This document shows positions 57,654-64,000 of a DNA stretch of 64,000 bases, in pieces. Source of the stretch: a virus (Duplodnaviria > Caudoviricetes); the IMG/VR virus record IMGVR_UViG_3300049004_000016, positions 32,001 to 96,000 of that record; one strand, written 5' to 3'. A program made the translations under genes and the position numbers. Under the pieces are notes generated by a model. The model saw nothing but the letters and a program-made list of their open reading frames with translations. It did not search any database and was not told where the DNA came from. Each line of letters begins with the position of its first letter. Within the stretch, counting starts at the first letter, position 1.

Positions 57654-58220
57654 GTGCCGCCGGTGACCATGCCCACGTTCACTGACGGCACCATTCCCAC
57701 CGCAACGAACCTCAACGCCATCGCCACCGGCATCAACAACCTGGGGACCCTGCTCACTGGGATCGCCGCCACGAGGCAGTTCATTCCCTCAGCGTCCGCG
57801 TACATCAACACCACCCACCCGATCCCCACCTCAGCGGACACCATCGTCAGCTTCGACACCACCACCATCAACGACGACTACCTGTGGATTCCCTCCGTGG
57901 GCCACCACGTCGTCAACACCGCCGGGAACTACATCTGCTGGGCTCAAGTCAACTTCGACTACAACGCCACCGGCATCAGGGCCGCGCACCTCCTCCTCAA
58001 CGGCACATCAGTGGGCTCCAACTCGATCGCCGCCGGGTCCGGTAACCCCGCCAACGTGGTCGGCAACATCGGCACCGCGTTCCTGTGCATCAGCCCACCA
58101 CTGGCCCTGGCTGCCGGCGCCAACGTCTACCTGTCGGTGTTCCAAAGCTCCGGGGGGCCACTGAACCTGATCCCCAACGAGTCCGGGACGTCGCTGTCAC
58201 TGATCAGGATCGGTGACTGA
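57654..58220 (+). CDS. Tail tip/receptor-binding paralogue 1
   Basis: MPTF.DG N-terminus plus C1q/TNF-like beta domain. Confidence 0.7.
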   Translation: MPPVTMPTFTDGTIPTATNLNAIATGINNLGTLLTGIAATRQFIPSASAYINTTHPIPTSADTIVSFDTTTINDDYLWIPSVGHHVVNTAGNYICWAQVNFDYNATGIRAAHLLLNGTSVGSNSIAAGSGNPANVVGNIGTAFLCISPPLALAAGANVYLSVFQSSGGPLNLIPNESGTSLSLIRIGD

Positions 58221-58780
58221 TGACGACACCGATGCCCACGTTCGTTGATGCCACGATCGTCCACCAGTGGCAGCTCAACCGGCTCGCCAGCGGGATCTCG
58301 AACCTGTCCCTGCTGCTTAACGGGGCCGCCCCGCCGCGCACCTACATCCCGGCCGTGTCGGCGAACATCAACGCCTCACAGTCCATCCCCAACGCAGTGG
58401 ACACCACCGTCGTGTGGAACACCACCGGCATCAATAACGACGCCATGTGGGCTTCCGCGCTTGGGTCCCAACTGACCCTGCAAACAGGTGGGGTGTACAT
58501 CGCGCGGGCACAAACCCATTTCGCGGTCAACGCCACCGGCACCCGCGCCTGCCACATCCTGCTCAACGGGACCAACATCATCGCCAACTCGGTGGCGGTC
58601 ACCGCAGTCAACGCAGTTGGGGTCAGTGCCGACACCCTTTTCACCGCCATGACCCCACCGATGCGCCTCGCCCCCGGTGCGACTTTGTACTTGTCGGTGT
58701 TCCAGAACTCCGGTGGAGCATTGAGCCTCATCACGACCCTTTCCGGGACGTCCCTGTCGCTGATTAGGATAGGGAACTAG
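58220..58780 (+). CDS. Tail tip/receptor-binding paralogue 2
   Basis: Homologous to paralogue 1 along its full length. Confidence 0.7.
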   Translation: MTTPMPTFVDATIVHQWQLNRLASGISNLSLLLNGAAPPRTYIPAVSANINASQSIPNAVDTTVVWNTTGINNDAMWASALGSQLTLQTGGVYIARAQTHFAVNATGTRACHILLNGTNIIANSVAVTAVNAVGVSADTLFTAMTPPMRLAPGATLYLSVFQNSGGALSLITTLSGTSLSLIRIGN

Positions 58781-58783
58781 CCC

Positions 58784-59338
58784 ATGACGATGCCCACTTT
58801 CCTCGACGGTGTCCTAGTCCACGCCGTGTCCCTGACGTCCCTTTCATCAGGGGTGAACTCCCTCAACTCCCTGCTGACGGGTGCGGTCGCGCCCCGCGCC
58901 TATGTGCCCACCTCGACAGCCCACATCAACGCCCTGCAATCGATCGCGAACAACACCAACACTGTGGTGACTTGGGGCTCAGCTGGGCTCAACAACGACG
59001 CCATGTGGGCTTCCGGTTCGCCCACGTTGTTCACCGTCAAAACCGCTGGGGTTTACATCGCGTGGGCGCAAGCCCATTTCAGTGCCGCAGCCGGTGGGGT
59101 CCGTGCCTGTTACATACTCCTCAATGGCACCAATATCGCCACCAACACTGTGGCATCCGCGTTCCGTAACCCACTGAATGCCGGTGACGGCAACTTCTTT
59201 TGCTGCGTCACCCCACCGATGCAGCTCGCTGTCAATGCGACGTTGGCCGTCGCGGTGTATCAAAACACCGGCGGTTCTCTGAGCCTGGACAACACCGACT
59301 CCGGGGCGTTCATGGGAGTCACCCGTATCGGCAGCTAG
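58784..59338 (+). CDS. Tail tip/receptor-binding paralogue 3
   Basis: Homologous to paralogues 1 and 2. Confidence 0.7.
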   Translation: MTMPTFLDGVLVHAVSLTSLSSGVNSLNSLLTGAVAPRAYVPTSTAHINALQSIANNTNTVVTWGSAGLNNDAMWASGSPTLFTVKTAGVYIAWAQAHFSAAAGGVRACYILLNGTNIATNTVASAFRNPLNAGDGNFFCCVTPPMQLAVNATLAVAVYQNTGGSLSLDNTDSGAFMGVTRIGS

Positions 59339-59350
59339 GGAAGGACCTTT

Positions 59351-59833
59351 GTGCTCGCCATTCGCGTAACCGTGTTCCCTGACGTTGGTGGGTTCCCGCC
59401 CGCGTCGTTCGACCATTTGCGGCACCTGGAAGTGCACCTCCCCGGTTTGGACCCCGGATGGGTGCACACCCTTGTTGACGCCCAGGTCGCCGCCGGTGGT
59501 GGCAGCGCGGACCTGACCTTGCATTCCCAACCCCGCGTGGGTGTGGCCCTGGACCGTGGGCTGCGGATCGTGACGTGGCAACCGGCCGCGCACATCCGCG
59601 CGCTCGCCGAGGACGGCACCGAGCTGGCCGTGACCAAACTCGATGCCCCCCTCCAGGTCGGCCAGCGCGTGGAGGTCGCCGGTGAGCGCCACAGGGTGGT
59701 GGAGGAGTCGTGGCCGGGCCGACACCCACGCACGGGGGTCTGTCACGAGGGCCTGGACTACCAGCACGTGACGTTGGTCCCGGACCCCGAACCGCTACAC
59801 CATCCCGCTGCGGTGAAGGAGCAGGCACAGTGA
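59351..59833 (+). CDS. Hypothetical protein
   Basis: GAAGGA RBS. Confidence 0.6.
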   Translation: MLAIRVTVFPDVGGFPPASFDHLRHLEVHLPGLDPGWVHTLVDAQVAAGGGSADLTLHSQPRVGVALDRGLRIVTWQPAAHIRALAEDGTELAVTKLDAPLQVGQRVEVAGERHRVVEESWPGRHPRTGVCHEGLDYQHVTLVPDPEPLHHPAAVKEQAQ

Positions 59834-60249
59834 CCCATTCAACGGAACAACCCGAGCTGACCAAGACCGAACGCCTCCCGATCCCCACCCTGTGGGTCAC
59901 GGCGGTCCTGATGGCGTTCGGGCTGGCGTTGATCTTCCAGTCGGATCGGTGGACGAAGACACCGGCCTACGGCAACTTGCTGTCCGTGTTCAGCGCTGAC
60001 ACGTGGGGTTATATCTACGTCGGTGGCGCGGTGTTGATGGCCGCCGGGTTGGCGTGGCGCAAGATCCGGCCCATCAGCGTCGCCGCCCACGCCGTGGCTT
60101 TCGCGTTGTTCCTGGGGTGGGAGTTCGGTTTCGATGTCCGGTACTTCACCGACAAATCCACCACCATCGCCAACGTCATCGCGTGGCTGACATACGCCGG
60201 TTTGGTCCTGTGGTCCGGGCAACTAGTCGATCGGCACGATAAACGGTGA
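59830..60249 (+). CDS. Four-TM membrane protein (holin-like)
   Basis: Hydrophobic segments, lysis region. Confidence 0.6.
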   Translation: MTHSTEQPELTKTERLPIPTLWVTAVLMAFGLALIFQSDRWTKTPAYGNLLSVFSADTWGYIYVGGAVLMAAGLAWRKIRPISVAAHAVAFALFLGWEFGFDVRYFTDKSTTIANVIAWLTYAGLVLWSGQLVDRHDKR

Positions 60250-60611
60250 GTGCCACGCTCTATACGATCCTCGGTCTCATCATCGCCGCTGTCGGGACGA
60301 TCGGTTACCCGATGTGGCGCAACAGGAAGAAGGACCAGAACGCCGCCGCTGAGAGCGCCGCATTGGATTCCAGATCGGTGGCTGGAATGTTCAAAGAGGA
60401 ACGGGACCGGCTGCAACTGCGGGTTGACACCATGGCGGCAGCGCACCAGCGGCAGATCCGGGATTTGCGTGTCGAGTATGACGCTGCACTGGCCAGAGCC
60501 GAAGCGAAATGGAACGCCCAGCATGAGGCTGACCAGGCCCAGATCGCTGAGCTGCGCACCGAGGTGACCGGGTTGTACCGGCAGCTCAACGCGCAACGAC
60601 CGGCGCCGTGA
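60246..60611 (+). CDS. TM plus coiled-coil lysis-region protein
   Basis: N-terminal TM segment and heptad repeats. Confidence 0.65.
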   Translation: MSATLYTILGLIIAAVGTIGYPMWRNRKKDQNAAAESAALDSRSVAGMFKEERDRLQLRVDTMAAAHQRQIRDLRVEYDAALARAEAKWNAQHEADQAQIAELRTEVTGLYRQLNAQRPAP

Positions 60612-61414
60612 GCGTCGGCCTGCTGGGGGGTTTGCTGCTGGCGGTGTCACTGGTCAGTGTTTTGACGTACATGGTGGCGATCGGGCAGCTCCTCAGTGGG
60701 CCCCGGCGTCCGGGATTGGTGCGTACCGGGTTCTGCCGGTTGGCCGCTGCCCTGCTGTACGTCGGGGTGGGCCTGTTGACATTGCACACCCACACCCAGG
60801 GCCCCCTGGTCGGTCTCGGTGTCTTCACCATTGTCCAAATCATGTGGCAAGCCAACTCGGTCGCTGATGTGCGGTTAGCGCGACGATCCAGGAGAGAAGC
60901 GATGAGCGATCCATTCGAGGGTTTGGGTGTCACCGAGCCGGTGCCTAACTACGCGACCCCGTTGCCGCCGGAAGTCGTGTCCGCTGAGATCGATCGGCTT
61001 TCCACTGCCCTCGGGAAGGTGAATAAGACTGTGACCGCGCTACAGAAAGGGTCGACGGCAGCGGCGAACGCCCAGCGGTACGCGATCGGTGCTCTGATTC
61101 TCGCCTTGCTGCTGGGGTTGACCGGTGTGATCTTCGGGCTGGTGGTGTTCAACCGCGCGGACTCCGCTGTCGCCCAGGCCCAGCAGAACGCGATCATCAT
61201 TCAGCAGCTCAAGGACACCCAGTCTCAACTGGCCAAGTCGATTCATGGGCAGTGCAGCACCTACGGCCTCCTGATCGGCACGTACAACGTCAAGTCCCGT
61301 GCGACGTACGCCCAGGGTGGGGAGACCGCCTATGACGACGCGTTCCGCAACATGCTGACGGAGGCCAACGCCCTCAACTGCGGTATCCCCACGCCGAAAG
61401 ACCTGCCGAAGTGA
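60608..61414 (+). CDS. Multi-TM lysis-region protein
   Basis: Four TM segments plus an external domain with two Cys. A possible internal start lies at 60902. Confidence 0.6.
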   Translation: MSVGLLGGLLLAVSLVSVLTYMVAIGQLLSGPRRPGLVRTGFCRLAAALLYVGVGLLTLHTHTQGPLVGLGVFTIVQIMWQANSVADVRLARRSRREAMSDPFEGLGVTEPVPNYATPLPPEVVSAEIDRLSTALGKVNKTVTALQKGSTAAANAQRYAIGALILALLLGLTGVIFGLVVFNRADSAVAQAQQNAIIIQQLKDTQSQLAKSIHGQCSTYGLLIGTYNVKSRATYAQGGETAYDDAFRNMLTEANALNCGIPTPKDLPK

Positions 61415-61426
61415 CCGCACCTGGAG

Positions 61427-62431
61427 GTGGTTGTCGTGGCCCAGATGGGAGTTGATTACGCCGGGGGCCGACCGAGCCCGGCCGCGTTGGTGGCGCACGG
61501 GTACTCGTTCGCTTGCCGGTACCTGTCACCTGGTGGCCCAGCGCTGCCGGGGAAGCTGCTGACCCCTGAGGAGTACATCGCGTTGACCGCCGCCGGTGTC
61601 GCTGTGGTCGCGAACTGGGAGACCGTTAGCGACCGGATGCGCGGAGGCCGCGACGCTGGTGTGTCTGACGCGGTCAACGCCACAGCGGCGCTGATCAAGG
61701 TGGGGCACCCGTTGGACCGGCCGGTGTATTTCTCCGCTGACTTCGATGCCACACCGGGCGATCAGGTCGCGATTGACGCCTACCTCGGTGGTGTCGCGTC
61801 GGTGATCGGCCTGAACCGCACCGGGGTCTACGGGGGGTACTGGGTGGTGAAGCGGTGCCTGGACAACGGGACCGCGCGCTGGGCGTGGCAGGCGACCGCG
61901 TGGTCCGGGGGGCAAGTCGACCCGCGCGCGCACATGCTCCAGCACGTCGCTGCTGTCGTGGTCGACGGCGTGGAATGCGACGTCAACGAGGCACTCCAAC
62001 CTGACTACGGTCAGCACCCCACCGCGACTCCCCGTGCCCACTGGAAGGAACACCAGGTTATGGACCTGTTGCCTGCCACACCCACACCGGCAGACCCCAA
62101 GAGCGACCCCAAGACGTGGCCGCAACGCAACTTCGACGTCGGTTTCGATGTCGCCGGTGGCTGGGAGGGTGACTTCGCGTTCGAGTTCGGTGTCCAGGAC
62201 TTCGGTGGGCGCGCATCAGATGATGTACGCGGATTCCTGTACCTGGCGTCCTGGCATACACCTTCTGGGTTGGTGCCGGCCGACCCGGTGTACACCGTCG
62301 CTGGTGGTGGCCGGGCGATCCACAACCACGCCCCCACGGTGTCGCTGGTGGCCCCGAAGGGTGCGACAGCGTTGACGCTGAACTACGCCGCACCGGGTGG
62401 CGCCTATGTCACCGAGGGCCGCTCCGCGTGA
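61427..62431 (+). CDS. Endolysin, DUF1906/Rv2525c-like glycoside hydrolase
   Basis: GVDYA, RYLS, VYFSADFD, GVYGG, WQATAWS, CDVN. Confidence 0.85.
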   Translation: MVVVAQMGVDYAGGRPSPAALVAHGYSFACRYLSPGGPALPGKLLTPEEYIALTAAGVAVVANWETVSDRMRGGRDAGVSDAVNATAALIKVGHPLDRPVYFSADFDATPGDQVAIDAYLGGVASVIGLNRTGVYGGYWVVKRCLDNGTARWAWQATAWSGGQVDPRAHMLQHVAAVVVDGVECDVNEALQPDYGQHPTATPRAHWKEHQVMDLLPATPTPADPKSDPKTWPQRNFDVGFDVAGGWEGDFAFEFGVQDFGGRASDDVRGFLYLASWHTPSGLVPADPVYTVAGGGRAIHNHAPTVSLVAPKGATALTLNYAAPGGAYVTEGRSA

Positions 62432-62529
62432 CCGAGCCGTTCACCCCGACGCCGCTGTCTCGTGTCGTGGGTGGCGTCGTGTGGGCGATCGTCATCATCG
62501 TAATGATCAACCTCGTGTTCGTCCTCTGA
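62428..62529 (+). CDS. 33-aa single-TM peptide
   Basis: GTG overlaps the endolysin stop, hydrophobic C-terminus. Confidence 0.45.
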   Translation: MTEPFTPTPLSRVVGGVVWAIVIIVMINLVFVL

Positions 62530-62538
62530 GGAGACCCC

Positions 62539-63531
62539 ATGCCTGAATTGATCACCAACAGCTTGCCGATGGGGCGGTTGGCGCCGTACCCCGAGGAGAC
62601 CCACGCGCGACTGCACTTCGGGGAGTTCCTGACCGCGACAGCCACGATCAGCGTGCCACCGGTGGTCGACTACCTGTTCTCGGTGCCGTCGTTCCCGATG
62701 TTCGGCAATGACACCCTGTCTGACTGCACCGCTGCCGCTGCCGCGCACCTGCGGGAGGTGTGGACCGCCTACGCCCAGGGCGCCGCGTCGGTCACCAGCG
62801 AAGCCGACGTGATCAAGTTCTATGAGGTGTGCTCGGGGTACAACCCCGCCAACCCCGCCACTGACCGTGGTGCCGTCATGCAGGACTGCCTCGACGTGTG
62901 GCGCAAGACCGGCCTGGCCGGTGACAAGATCCTGGCGTTCTTCCAGATCAACCCCACCGACCTGGCAGAGATCAAGGCCGCGTTGTACCTGCTCGGCGGC
63001 AGCTACGTGGGGGTGAACTTCCCCCGGTCGGCGATGGCCCAGTTCAACGCCGGGCAGCCGTGGACCTACGACCCGCGCGCGGACAACACCATCATCGGTG
63101 GGCACTGCGTGCACCTCGGTGCCATCGACGCCAACGGGCTGATGAAGGTCACCACGTGGGGCCGGACCCAGGTCGTGACCGCTGACTGGTGGAACCGGTT
63201 CGTGGAGGAGTGCTGGGGTGTGGCGTCCAGCGACTGGATCAAGAACTCCCAGGCGCCCAACGGTTTGGACACCGCCAAGCTCAACGCCGCGTTCTTCCAG
63301 ATCACCAAGGGGCAGCCGGGCCCGTTCCCGGAGGCTCCCGCACCAGCACCCGTGCCGGCGCCACCTGCCCCGGTGGACCACAACCGGGAGCTGTGGACGG
63401 TGGCCCAGCCGTGGACCCAGCGGTGGCACGTCCCCAACTCAGACACCTCCCGTGTGTCTGACGCGCTCAAGGCGTGGGGGGATGCGACGTTCCCGAAAGG
63501 TATTGACACCAACCAGGAGGAAGCACGATGA
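62539..63531 (+). CDS. Papain-like cysteine peptidase-fold protein
   Basis: GND...DCTAA (Cys), GGHCV (His), TTWG. Confidence 0.75.
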   Translation: MPELITNSLPMGRLAPYPEETHARLHFGEFLTATATISVPPVVDYLFSVPSFPMFGNDTLSDCTAAAAAHLREVWTAYAQGAASVTSEADVIKFYEVCSGYNPANPATDRGAVMQDCLDVWRKTGLAGDKILAFFQINPTDLAEIKAALYLLGGSYVGVNFPRSAMAQFNAGQPWTYDPRADNTIIGGHCVHLGAIDANGLMKVTTWGRTQVVTADWWNRFVEECWGVASSDWIKNSQAPNGLDTAKLNAAFFQITKGQPGPFPEAPAPAPVPAPPAPVDHNRELWTVAQPWTQRWHVPNSDTSRVSDALKAWGDATFPKGIDTNQEEAR

Positions 63532-64000
63532 CCACCGCTACAGAGGCGCCGAAGGACAAGGGTCGGGCCGACTCGGCTCCGGCCGCTGACGCCATCGTTA
63601 CCGAGCGCGGGAAGCGTTTCGAGGAGGACCAGGACGCCAGCGCGCGTACCGGTCGCCATGAGGGGCCCAGCACCGGAAGCGACGCTGACGCCGAGGGCAC
63701 AGAGGCCCGTGAGGAGGAGGGGCCCACGGAGGAGGACCGCGCCGCGAAGCGCCTACGGTTGTCCAACGTCCACCACGGTCACGTCCTGACCCACCTGCGT
63801 TTGCTGTACAAGAACACCGGTGAGGACGGCACCGTGTCCCGTGGTGAGCTCGGCGAGCTGCTGGAGCTGATGGAAGCCGCGCATTCCAACCCCACCCCGC
63901 AGCCGGAGTCCGGTTCGGTTGTCCACGGCACCGCCGGTCCTGGTGCTCCACCGGACATTCACCACACCCCGTTTTCCCATACTGAGCGCAAGCGCCTGCC
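63528..64000 (+). CDS. Hypothetical protein, truncated by the window end
   Basis: AGGAGG RBS and open frame to 64000. Confidence 0.55.
   Translation, partial: MTTATEAPKDKGRADSAPAADAIVTERGKRFEEDQDASARTGRHEGPSTGSDADAEGTEAREEEGPTEEDRAAKRLRLSNVHHGHVLTHLRLLYKNTGEDGTVSRGELGELLELMEAAHSNPTPQPESGSVVHGTAGPGAPPDIHHTPFSHTERKRL

Noticed and set aside
57654-59338. Diversity-generating retroelement TR/VR among the paralogues
   Set aside because: No reverse transcriptase in the window, and differences are not adenine-specific.

Overview
The whole window is a high-GC (actinobacterial) tailed-phage or prophage segment with siphovirus-like architecture. No integrase or repressor is recognisable inside the window, so lifestyle and host are undetermined. 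Left to right: (1) leftward replication module (DnaB helicase, DnaC/IstB-like loader, HTH initiator with internal iteron-like repeats); (2) rightward early region with an RNA-repair-like set (Rnl1-type ligase, nucleotidyltransferase, PNK/phosphatase, second RNA ligase) and many small genes preceded by repeated promoter and leader motifs; (3) a block of secreted/envelope genes including Rpf-LysM and NlpC/P60; (4) a candidate small terminase, an inverted block of tiny genes, and a ParB-like + DpdA-like + QueD-like + QueD + QueE + FolE 7-deazaguanine DNA-modification cluster with no QueC, directly before the large terminase; (5) head genes (portal, 2H-phosphoesterase/MuF fusion, protease/scaffold, major capsid), a 217-aa basic repeat protein with no acidic residue, and tail genes (TAC with -1 frameshift site, tape measure, a long 20-aa-repeat protein, three tandem paralogous tip proteins); (6) lysis cassette (membrane proteins, DUF1906-type endolysin, papain-like peptidase). 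All calls come from motif recognition by eye; no database searches were run.
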